A stretch of 20,176 bases of DNA, taken from IMG/VR virus record IMGVR_UViG_3300015179_000039; one strand, 5' to 3'. Made by a program: the position numbers and the translations under genes. The notes under the pieces are model-generated. The model did no database searches, was not told the DNA's origin, and saw only the letters and a program-made list of their open reading frames with translations. Every line of letters begins with the position of its first letter. Positions within the stretch are counted from its first letter, which is position 1. Shown here one piece after another: positions 8,830 to 16,165 of the stretch. This DNA is from a virus (taxonomy: Duplodnaviria > Heunggongvirae > Uroviricota > Caudoviricetes).

Positions 8830-10002
8830 TTACGCGCTAACCTGGCTGGCAAAATTCACCAGGTACTGATCGGTGATGCGCTGGCGCAGCATCAGGTTTT
8901 CAAGTGGCGGCACTGGCGTGTAGTCGTAGTCGATGGTGAGCTTCCCGGCTTTCAGCGTGTCTTTATCGTTCACCGACTCGTCCAGCCAGCAATCACCACC
9001 AATGAGATAGCCCTGACTGACCAAGCTGCGCATTTTGGCGCGGATACCTTCGATAATGTCGCGCGCCAGCGACGGGTTCAGCGGTTTGTCCACCGCCCAC
9101 ATGTGCGCTTCTGCCATCGTGTCCGTCAGCACCTGCGCCGTGCGGGTGTAGTTTTCGAAGGCAAAGAGCGGGTCATCACTCAGGCAGCGGGAACCCCAGA
9201 AGCGGAAACCGTCTTTACGCACAAGTGTGGTGACGTCGTTCTGGTTCAGCAGACCTGCATCGGTTGCCGGGTCCTGCAGATCCCAGAACACATCTGCAGA
9301 AATTCCGGTGACACCGTTCACGCCCACGTTGGACAGGCTTTTGTGCCATCCGGTCTGCTCGTCAATTTTGGCGCGCAGACCAAGCGCACGGGCGGTGGCA
9401 TATGCCGTTGCTTCGGCATTCAGCACCGTGTCCCAGCCAGTAAAGTCAGGCCAGATCAGCATTCCTTCGCGCTGGCTGAAGTTTTCACGGTAAGTGATCG
9501 CCTCCTGTACCGTCTTGCAGCCATACGCTGACAGGTAAGCAAATCCACGCAGTCTTTGCGCCACGCTCAGCAACTCAGTAGCTACCGCCTTGGTGTCGTG
9601 GCCTGGCACGCCGAGAATGCGCGGTTTAACGCCGAGCTGTGACTGGGCAGATAGCAGGGCTTTCATGCCTGTTTTTTTACCTTCAGCAGTCACAGCGCCG
9701 ATGATATTGGTCGTGGTTTCGTCTTCCGTTTCACCCTGCGGCACACGCACAACAACGGTCACGGGTTTTGCCTGGTCAGCGATGGCATCCAGCGAACGGG
9801 CCAGCGTGCCGGACTCACCCGCTTTACCGCTGGCAGTCAGCACATCAGTGATCAGCACGGGTTTATTAAGAGGAAACATTTTTGCATCGGCATCATCGCC
9901 CGTGCAGACCATACCCACGATGGCGGTGCTCACTGTGGTAATAGATCGGGTGCCTTCGTTGACTTCAACAACGCGCACCCCGTGGTGGTAATCCTGAGCC
10001 AT
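8830..10002 (-). CDS. FI: contractile tail sheath protein FI
   Basis: 390-aa ORF ([30 protein letters not shown]...) of sheath size, first gene of the FI-FII-E-T-U-D block. Confidence 0.92.
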   Translation of the reverse strand: MAQDYHHGVRVVEVNEGTRSITTVSTAIVGMVCTGDDADAKMFPLNKPVLITDVLTASGKAGESGTLARSLDAIADQAKPVTVVVRVPQGETEDETTTNIIGAVTAEGKKTGMKALLSAQSQLGVKPRILGVPGHDTKAVATELLSVAQRLRGFAYLSAYGCKTVQEAITYRENFSQREGMLIWPDFTGWDTVLNAEATAYATARALGLRAKIDEQTGWHKSLSNVGVNGVTGISADVFWDLQDPATDAGLLNQNDVTTLVRKDGFRFWGSRCLSDDPLFAFENYTRTAQVLTDTMAEAHMWAVDKPLNPSLARDIIEGIRAKMRSLVSQGYLIGGDCWLDESVNDKDTLKAGKLTIDYDYTPVPPLENLMLRQRITDQYLVNFASQVSA

Positions 10003-10078
10003 AGTGGCGAACCTCCTGATTGGATTAGGCTTCGCCCTATGTTGAAGTGATTGAGCCTGACAAACAGCTAAGCGCAGT

Positions 10079-10096
10079 TGTGCCGTTATTCATACA
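10079..10096 (-). promoter_or_regulatory. candidate Ogr-binding element (TGT-N12-ACA) of late promoter PF
   Basis: tgt-gccgttattcat-aca lies about 85 bp upstream of the FI start codon in the FI/invertase intergenic region. Consistent with P2 late promoters carrying a TGT-N12-ACA dyad near -55. Coordinates approximate. Confidence 0.4.
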
Positions 10097-10144
10097 AAAT
10101 GACGGTATTTGTCTGCTTGCAGGGATAATCAACATAATGCTGAT

Positions 10145-10717
10145 TCAGGGGGATTCATTGCTCTTATTTGCCGGAAATTTTCTATAAATTGTGGAAACAC
10201 CTACATCAAAAATCAGTGCAATACGCTGTCTTGATTCTCCAGCCTCGAGTAAACGTCCAATCTGTGCCCACTGTTCGGTGGTCAACTTAGGACGGCGTCC
10301 ACCTACTCTGCCTTTGGCGCGAGCTGCAGCAAGCCCCGCCCTGGTACGTTCAACTATCAGTTCGCGCTCCATTTCAGCCAGGGCCCCCATGACATGAAAA
10401 AAGAAACGGCCCATTGGGGTACTGGTATCAATACTGTCAGTCAGGCTTCGGAAATTCACGCCGCGCTGGCGCAACTCTTCTATCAGCGTAACAAGATGCC
10501 GCATACTGCGCCCCAACCTGTCCAGCTTCCAGACAACCAGTGTGTCACCTGCCAATAGTGTCCTGAGCAGTTTTTTAAGCCCCGGTCTGTCGGACTTAGT
10601 GCCACTGATTTTGTCCTCAAAAATCCGCTCACATCCCGCGCAGTTCAGTGCATTACGTTGCAAATCGGTGTTCTGGTCATTTGTTGATACGCGTACATAG
10701 CCAATAAGCATGATCAT
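10145..10717 (-). CDS. serine recombinase, DNA invertase (Hin/Gin/Pin/Cin/Min family)
   Basis: 190-aa ORF with N-terminal resolvase catalytic motif (IGYVRVSTNDQ, catalytic Ser) and a C-terminal HTH (GESRQRIALIFDVGVSTIYRKF). Lies adjacent to an inverted-repeat-bounded tail-fibre cassette. Confidence 0.93.
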   Translation of the reverse strand: MIMLIGYVRVSTNDQNTDLQRNALNCAGCERIFEDKISGTKSDRPGLKKLLRTLLAGDTLVVWKLDRLGRSMRHLVTLIEELRQRGVNFRSLTDSIDTSTPMGRFFFHVMGALAEMERELIVERTRAGLAAARAKGRVGGRRPKLTTEQWAQIGRLLEAGESRQRIALIFDVGVSTIYRKFPANKSNESP

Positions 10718-10738
10718 CCCCCTGAATAAAAACCGGAG

Positions 10739-11113
10739 ATGATGCCAGTTAGCCGTTATCTCTGCATTTTCTTAAACGTTGGTTTGGGAGAAGCGGCAAA
10801 ACGAAATGTGGGAACAGGGGAAAATCAGATACCTGATATGTCATCATATGCATCAGGTTCAGGCTGGCGAAAAATGCCAGATGGTTCAATTGAACAGTGG
10901 GGACGAATTAGTTTTCCTGATGAACACGGGCCTGTATCCGCCAATGTTTCATTCCCGATTCCATTTACACAGACACCGGGCATTGTAATTGTGTGCGATG
11001 GTGGTTTCGGGGGCGGGAATATGTGGGGGGCGACCAACTGGAGCACTACCGGCTTCATAGCTCACTGCAATTATGGTCTTGAAGGTGGTGCGTTTTTCGC
11101 TAAGGGTTGGTAA
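10739..11113 (+). CDS. silent alternative tail-fibre C-terminal cassette (Sv'-like)
   Basis: The ORF has no credible own start. It shares the LGLGE junction with H at the crossover site and continues with an unrelated Gly-rich C-terminus (...[14 protein letters not shown]...). Only codons after about 10792 would be used after inversion. Confidence 0.7.
   Translation: MMPVSRYLCIFLNVGLGEAAKRNVGTGENQIPDMSSYASGSGWRKMPDGSIEQWGRISFPDEHGPVSANVSFPIPFTQTPGIVIVCDGGFGGGNMWGATNWSTTGFIAHCNYGLEGGAFFAKGW
10767..10792. repeat. recombination site (hix/gix-like), invertase-proximal
   Basis: ttttcttaaacgttggtttgggagaa; its reverse complement TTCTCCCAAACCAACGTTTAAGAAAA resembles Hin hixL (TTCTTGAAAACCAAGGTTTTTGATAA, recalled from memory). 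Inverted partner of the site at 12577-12602. Coordinates within 2 nt. Confidence 0.6.
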
Positions 11114-11556
11114 TGATGAAATATCTGTACGTAAACAACCTGGCATATCCTTACGAACTTCAGTCTCTTTATGTTGAAAAAGGTGAATGGCCGGAAGAAA
11201 AAGGTGTTGATATAGACGAAGTAATTTTCAGGGAATATTTCTATGATACACCACCAGAAGGAAAATACAGATGTGTCGGAGAGGATGGACTGCCTGCATG
11301 GGCAGATATTCCTCCACCAACACGTGAAGAACAAATTGCATCAGCCGAAACTAAAAAGCAGCAATTGATTAATCAGGCCAACGAATACATCAACAGTAAA
11401 CAATGGCCAGGTAAAGCATCAATTGGTCGTCTGAAAGGTGAGGAACTGGCGCAATATAATTTGTGGCTGGATTATCTGGACGCACTGGAACTGGTCGATA
11501 CTTCCGGTGCGCCAGATATTGAATGGCCTACGCCTCCGGCAGTTCAGGCCAGATGA
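11107..11556 (+). CDS. tail fibre assembly protein (alternate, partner of the silent cassette)
   Basis: 149-aa ORF with the C-terminal tail-fibre-assembly signature (...[25 protein letters not shown]), shared with the convergent tfa at 11528-12130. Start overlaps the end of the Sv' cassette. Confidence 0.85.
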   Translation: MVMMKYLYVNNLAYPYELQSLYVEKGEWPEEKGVDIDEVIFREYFYDTPPEGKYRCVGEDGLPAWADIPPPTREEQIASAETKKQQLINQANEYINSKQWPGKASIGRLKGEELAQYNLWLDYLDALELVDTSGAPDIEWPTPPAVQAR

Positions 11557-12130
11557 CATCCGGCGCGGTGCTGGTATCTGTTGCCGTCACCGCGTCAATG
11601 TAATCCAGCACAGCGTTAAGCCGGGTTGTTTCTGCCTGCGTCAGTTTACGTCCGGCCTGCAATTTCAGTTGAATCAGACTGATGGAAGCCATTGCAGTAT
11701 CAATCAGCGACTGGCGCTGTGCTTCTGCTGCATCTACTGCGGCGCTATGCTGTGCCTCGGTATCCGTCACCCATTTCTCACCATCCCATTTATCGTATGG
11801 CGTTAATGGGGCGATAGTGGTTGTATTTTCAGGGTAATCACCCGGAGCTGTGATTTCTTTTGATTCTCCTGTTTCAGTGCTATAGACCGTTTCACCGCGA
11901 TGGTCTGGCACATATTCCCATGAGTTAAGATCTGCAGAACGGCAAATTGCATAACCAGCTTTATATGAGCTAGGAGCATCTAAACAGGAACTTGCCGGGA
12001 TACCGACGCCGACAGCGATATATTCATTTGATGTGGAAATATATTCCCGTGTTTCGCCATCATAGTTATAGACGGTAATATTCCCCGCCTTCGTGGCAAT
12101 AAGCTCGATATTTAATACGGCTTTATTCAT
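11528..12130 (-). CDS. G: tail fibre assembly protein (currently expressed orientation)
   Basis: 200-aa ORF immediately downstream of H, with C-terminal ...[25 protein letters not shown] typical of gpG/Tfa chaperones. Confidence 0.85.
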   Translation of the reverse strand: MNKAVLNIELIATKAGNITVYNYDGETREYISTSNEYIAVGVGIPASSCLDAPSSYKAGYAICRSADLNSWEYVPDHRGETVYSTETGESKEITAPGDYPENTTTIAPLTPYDKWDGEKWVTDTEAQHSAAVDAAEAQRQSLIDTAMASISLIQLKLQAGRKLTQAETTRLNAVLDYIDAVTATDTSTAPDVIWPELPEA

Positions 12131-13638
12131 CAGGCTGCCCTCACGATATAGTTAAATGCAATATTCCGTGGGCGAGTATCGGCAGGAACGACATACATTT
12201 CACCAATTGCCCGCTCATTAGAGTTGTTAAGCAATAGGCTTGAGCCATTACTGTCATGACCCGTAATTAAGATATCATTGGACAAAATAAGTGAGCCCGT
12301 ACCTGCAGGAATACCATAAATTCCCATATCAAATTTAATATAACCAACACGCGCGCTCTGTGCAGACATAACGCTGCGACCAGTATCTACTGAACGACCA
12401 TCATCCCAGCCACGAATAAATTCACCGCGTAAATCAGGCAATTTATTGGTCGGGTAAGCCCTTGCCAGTTCCGGGTATTCTTCAGCAGAAAAAGCCGCAC
12501 CATTGCATTTCAGCCAGCCTGTTGGCGGAGTGGCTGAAGGCCACGGAACAGGCACCCCAACCGGTAATGCAGAGCCTTCTCCTAAACCAAGGTATGTGAG
12601 AAGACCAGCTACATCCTTTCCACTCAAATTAGTCAGCGTATTGTCCAGCGGTTGTTTACCTGCCAGTGCATTAAGCATTGTCGTGGCAAAGTTCGGGTCA
12701 TTCCCCAGCGCTGCCGCCAGTTCGTTCAGTGTATCCAGTGCCGCAGGTGCAGAACCCACCATTGCCGCAATTGCCGATTTCACAAAAGCCGTGGTGGCAA
12801 TCTGTGTATTGTTGACCGACTGTGCCGCAGTAGGTGCGGTTGGCGTTCCGGTGAGTGCCGGACTCGACAGCGGCGCTTTCAGTGCCAGCGCATTGTTAAT
12901 GGTGGTACTGAATTTCGGATCATTGTTAATGGCTGCGGCTATTTCTTTCAGCGTGTCCAGCGTGGCTGGCGCACCATTAATAAGAGCCGTCAGAGCCGCC
13001 TGAACAAACGCGGTGGTCGCAATCTGCGTAGTATTATTCCCCGCCGCTGGCGTTGGCGCTTTGGGGGTTCCGGTAAACGTCGGACTTTCTTTGAGTGCAT
13101 ACTGTGAATGCGGGTCCGGTGCGGCAAGATGTTTTGCCATCTGATCATCCGCGTACACCTTCAGCTCCAGTGCCTTGTCATCCACATACTTGCGGGTTGC
13201 CAGCACTACGGCAGGGTCGATTTTCAGGGTGATATTGTCCGTACTGCTGGTAATCAGCACCATGCGCACGGTCTGAGTGCGCCCGCTACCTTCAGCCAGT
13301 TGCGGCTTATAGCTTTCCGGGCAGTTGCCCACGGCAATCAATGCCCCGGACTCATCAAACAAGCCCACTTCACGTATCCACCAACCGCCCTCGTTTTCAG
13401 GGATCACCTGTTCGGCAATAATCTGGCTGCTGTTCTGCGGGTCGATATAGAGCATATTCAGCGCAGCCCGGCGTTTCTCATTTACCAGTGCAGTCTGCTT
13501 TGAGTCTGGCGTTGGCAATACTCCGCCGCCATCGCCGACCGCCATATGGGTAATTTTTAGCGGCACACCGAGCGCGGCGGCGCTGGCAAGTTTCGCCGCG
13601 CCAATATCCGTCAGCAGGGTATAAAATTTTGTGCTCAT
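12130..13638 (-). CDS. H: tail fibre protein H
   Basis: 502-aa ORF with a P2 H-like N-terminus (MSTKF...MAVGDGGG), two tandem modules of about 72 aa, and a variable C-terminal domain after the LGLGE crossover motif (residues about 351-354). Confidence 0.9.
   Translation of the reverse strand: MSTKFYTLLTDIGAAKLASAAALGVPLKITHMAVGDGGGVLPTPDSKQTALVNEKRRAALNMLYIDPQNSSQIIAEQVIPENEGGWWIREVGLFDESGALIAVGNCPESYKPQLAEGSGRTQTVRMVLITSSTDNITLKIDPAVVLATRKYVDDKALELKVYADDQMAKHLAAPDPHSQYALKESPTFTGTPKAPTPAAGNNTTQIATTAFVQAALTALINGAPATLDTLKEIAAAINNDPKFSTTINNALALKAPLSSPALTGTPTAPTAAQSVNNTQIATTAFVKSAIAAMVGSAPAALDTLNELAAALGNDPNFATTMLNALAGKQPLDNTLTNLSGKDVAGLLTYLGLGEGSALPVGVPVPWPSATPPTGWLKCNGAAFSAEEYPELARAYPTNKLPDLRGEFIRGWDDGRSVDTGRSVMSAQSARVGYIKFDMGIYGIPAGTGSLILSNDILITGHDSNGSSLLLNNSNERAIGEMYVVPADTRPRNIAFNYIVRAA
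12577..12602. repeat. recombination site (hix/gix-like) inside H
   Basis: ttctcctaaaccaaggtatgtgagaa; the first 14 positions match the reverse complement of the 10767-10792 site at 13 of 14. It sits on the codons for YLGLGE of H. Confidence 0.6.
12649..13086 (-). repeat. tandem duplication of a module of about 216 bp (72 aa) within H
   Basis: Protein repeats GTPKAPTPAAGNNTTQIATTAFVQAALTALINGAPATLDTLKEIAAAINNDPKFSTTINNALALKAP and GTPTAPTAAQSVNNTQIATTAFVKSAIAAMVGSAPAALDTLNELAAALGNDPNFATTMLNALAGKQP, with the corresponding direct DNA repeats. Confidence 0.8.
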
Positions 13639-14240
13639 GGATTCACTCTCATTGTGTCAATAACATGGACCGCCCCGCCTTCATGCGCGGTGCCGCCAGA
13701 AATAATTGTTTCGTTGATATACGGATAGATCGTGATTTCTTCGCCAAGATAGCTGGCGGCCCCCACCCAATGCGGACCGCTGGTCTGCAGATTGATGGAC
13801 ATGCCGATCATGTGACGGCTACATGGTTTGGCATCGCTTATCAGCCGCTCAAGTTCCAGATAGGTATCTTCAGTGATGCCCTGGTCCTGCACGCCGATAT
13901 CCAGGCGAAACGTGCCCGGTGTTTCTCCGGTCTGCCACCACTCAATAATGCGGATCAGGAATCCGAACGGTTCCACCACCCGCCGCACGGCACTGGTGGT
14001 TCCTTTATGCTGATGAATATAAAAAGCATCCTTCACTACCTGGCGTTTGACGCTTTCTGTCCAGCCCTCGTCCCAGCGATCCACAGAGAACGCCCAGGCG
14101 AGATAAGGCAGGAAGCTGACCGGACAGGTAGCCGGATTCCACAAGTCACGCAGCGGCACCTGCAGATCAGAAATCCCGCTGCACGTTTGCGCCAGTCGGC
14201 GCTCCAGTGAAGTTGAACCCGGTGGCAGCAGACTATTCAT
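13635..14240 (-). CDS. I: baseplate assembly protein I
   Basis: 201-aa ORF between J and H, the P2 gpI position. Overlaps H start and J stop by a few bases, typical of a translationally coupled operon. Confidence 0.85.
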   Translation of the reverse strand: MNSLLPPGSTSLERRLAQTCSGISDLQVPLRDLWNPATCPVSFLPYLAWAFSVDRWDEGWTESVKRQVVKDAFYIHQHKGTTSAVRRVVEPFGFLIRIIEWWQTGETPGTFRLDIGVQDQGITEDTYLELERLISDAKPCSRHMIGMSINLQTSGPHWVGAASYLGEEITIYPYINETIISGGTAHEGGAVHVIDTMRVNP

Positions 14241-15141
14241 CCGTTCCTCCGTTGGTTACGCTCCACTGCGTACATGATGCCGCCTGTGTTTTGTTCAGGA
14301 CCACATCCGCCAGAGGAGAAGCCAGCTCCACACGCTGCACACCCTCAACATGCAGGGCGGCAAAGATGGCGCTACGGCGAATATCCCGACCAAGACGCGT
14401 CTGACTGGCGATGTACTTCTGCAGGCTGGCTTTTGCCGCTGCCATTACCGGCTCTGCTTCCGGTCCCGGATAGAGAAAAATGGTGGCTTCCACGCGATAC
14501 GGGATGATTTCTGCGCTGCGAACCGTAAGACGGTCAGCCACCGGGCGGACGTTCTCACTGTTCAGAGCTTTTTCCACCACGTCCAGCAGGTCTTTTTCTG
14601 CGGTTCCATCGCCTTCGCGGCTAAGGACAGTCAGCACCACCTCTGCAGGTGCCGGGCTGGTTGCACTGGCATCCGCCACCCGACCGTCGGCGCTTCGGGC
14701 ATGAAATTCATAAGCTGCAGTTGGCCCCGCAACTGAAAGCCCTTCAAAGGCTGCAGGCACACGCAGGCGTAACGCTTCATCGCTTTCCATCACAGCTGCA
14801 ACGGGCGGCACAGCGTCATTATCAGCAGGCGTCACCGTCAGGCGTTTCACGTTGTAGTTGGCAGCGAGCTGGTCCAGATCGCCGCCCATCGCATAAGCCA
14901 CCATCACTGCCTGCGCGGCTTCGTTAATGCGCTGGCGCAGAAGCAACTCACGGTAAGCGTTCTCCTGCAACAATTTGGTGACGGGTTCAGATTCCAGTTC
15001 CAGCGTACGCATCACGGCTTCCTGCTCATCTTTCGGATGAAGCGCCACAAATTCTGCCTTGCGTTCGGCAAGCAGCGTCTCAAAGTCCGGCACATCCACA
15101 ATCTGCGGCGCAGGCAACTGCGAAAGGTCAATCACTGCCAT
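14233..15141 (-). CDS. J: baseplate wedge protein J
   Basis: P2 J-like sequence (MAVIDLSQLPAPQIVDVPDFETLLAERKAEF...). The track ORF extends to 15180 from an alternative start; I place the start at the ATG near 15141, which is preceded by AGGAG. Confidence 0.88.
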   Translation of the reverse strand: MAVIDLSQLPAPQIVDVPDFETLLAERKAEFVALHPKDEQEAVMRTLELESEPVTKLLQENAYRELLLRQRINEAAQAVMVAYAMGGDLDQLAANYNVKRLTVTPADNDAVPPVAAVMESDEALRLRVPAAFEGLSVAGPTAAYEFHARSADGRVADASATSPAPAEVVLTVLSREGDGTAEKDLLDVVEKALNSENVRPVADRLTVRSAEIIPYRVEATIFLYPGPEAEPVMAAAKASLQKYIASQTRLGRDIRRSAIFAALHVEGVQRVELASPLADVVLNKTQAASCTQWSVTNGGTDE

Positions 15142-15487
15142 TCTCTGCTCCTGTTGATACGGAAAGGGACACAGGCACACCGTTATTCCGCCGCCCGGTC
15201 AGCTCCACCACCATAGAACCGTCAAAGTTGCTGTTGATGGTGATGGAATCCAGCGTCAGCCGTGGCTCCCAGCGACTCAGCGCCACATACACTGCCGACA
15301 TGACCTGCAGGCGTAATGCCGGATTTTGTGGCTAATCTATCAGTGCCGACAGTAGGGAACCATATTCCCGACGGGCAATGCGGCTACCCTGCGGCGTCAG
15401 CAGAATGTCCCGCACCGACTGGCGCAGATGGTCAATATCAGTAATGACTTTGCCGCTGGTATTGTTCATCCCGCTATAAAGCGTCAT
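15128..15487 (-). pseudogene. W: baseplate protein W interrupted by an in-frame TAG (amber) at codon 52
   Basis: Reading the minus strand from the ATG at 15487 (ATGA overlap with the V stop) gives MTLYSGMNNTSGKVITDIDHLRQSVRDILLTPQGSRIARREYGSLLSALID, then TAG at about 15332-15334, then 67 more in-frame codons (PQNPALRLQVMSAVYVALSRWEPRLTLDS...) ending 13 nt inside J. The ORF track shows no minus-strand ORF of 60 aa or more across this interval. Confidence 0.7.
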
Positions 15488-16062
15488 ACCGGGCCTCCGG
15501 TTGTGTCGCCGCCTTTCAGGACGCCAGTATGCTGATGTGCATCAACCACAATTCCGTTAGAACTCATTGCACCGCCGCCCTGGGTAACACCACCATTGAT
15601 CACTACTTCGCTGTTAATACGCGTGCGGTCAGCCTCCAGCACAAACTCACTGGTTTTCAGGGTGATGTTGTCGGCAGCCTCAATGACCATGGATTTGATG
15701 CCCCTGACATACCAGCGCCCGGTGGCGGGTTCGTATTCAAACCAGCCACCGTCAGGATGTTCTGTCACGCAGGCGTCCGCCGACGTCGAAGGTGGCGCGA
15801 ACTGATTCGAATAGACAGCGGGCAACGCAAAGGCGGTTTCCAGATTGCCTCCCAGACTCAGCAGCACCACCTGCTCACCTTCCGATGGTCGCCACCATGT
15901 GCGGGCATTCCCGGCACGCAGCGTCAGCCAACTGATCCAGTTAGTTTCAAGGTCGCCCGTTTTCACCCGGCAAAGCCAGTTCTCCCGGTCCACTTCGGTA
16001 ACTACACCTGTGCGGATCAGGTTGGTGATAAGGCGCATGATTTCGGTTAATTGTGCGTTCAT
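15484..16062 (-). CDS. V: baseplate spike/hub protein V
   Basis: P2 V-like sequence from the ATG at 16062 (MNAQLTEIMRLITNLIRTGVVTEV...), about 192 aa. The track ORF 15484-16305 adds an N-terminal extension through AT-rich non-coding DNA, which I reject. Confidence 0.9.
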   Translation of the reverse strand: MNAQLTEIMRLITNLIRTGVVTEVDRENWLCRVKTGDLETNWISWLTLRAGNARTWWRPSEGEQVVLLSLGGNLETAFALPAVYSNQFAPPSTSADACVTEHPDGGWFEYEPATGRWYVRGIKSMVIEAADNITLKTSEFVLEADRTRINSEVVINGGVTQGGGAMSSNGIVVDAHQHTGVLKGGDTTGGPV

Positions 16063-16108
16063 AGATATATGATGACAGATGAAAATTTGTTTATAACTTC
16101 TTGCAAAT

Positions 16109-16126
16109 TGTGGTATCGATGGTACA
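16109..16126 (-). promoter_or_regulatory. candidate Ogr-binding element (TGT-N12-ACA) of late promoter PV
   Basis: tgt-ggtatcgatggt-aca centred about 55 bp upstream of the V start codon, closer to the ATG than expected for a -55 site. Overlaps the likely promoter of the divergent AT-rich gene. Confidence 0.35.
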
Positions 16127-16165
16127 AATTGACAAAAGGATAAAAAACAACCAATAGGTGGATAA

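Larger units (their letters stand above)
10767..12602. other. invertible tail-fibre host-range segment (about 1.8 kb, G-segment-like)
   Basis: Bounded by inverted 26-bp hix/gix-like sites. Contains the H variable 3' end plus tfa on the minus strand and a convergent tfa' plus alternative fibre 3' cassette on the plus strand, with the invertase gene directly outside. Same architecture as Mu G, P1 C and e14 P segments. Confidence 0.7.

Noticed and set aside
10739-10766. First 9-10 codons of the Sv' ORF as an independent start
   Set aside because: No ribosome-binding site, and the sequence lies outside the recombination site. The cassette is expected to be expressed only as a fusion to the constant part of H after inversion.
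12503-13503. Plus-strand ORFs 12503-13003, 12652-13107 and 13108-13503
   Set aside because: Antisense to the tail fibre gene H. Arg/Cys-rich or Ala-rich translations typical of shadow frames.
14207-14927. Plus-strand ORFs antisense to J (14274-14507, 14350-14736, 14480-14704, 14649-14927)
   Set aside because: Shadow ORFs within the well-supported J gene.
15142-15180. N-terminal 13-codon extension of J in the track ORF
   Set aside because: Starts at a non-ATG codon inside W. The ATG at 15141 has an AGGAG site upstream and begins the P2 J-like sequence MAVIDLSQLP.
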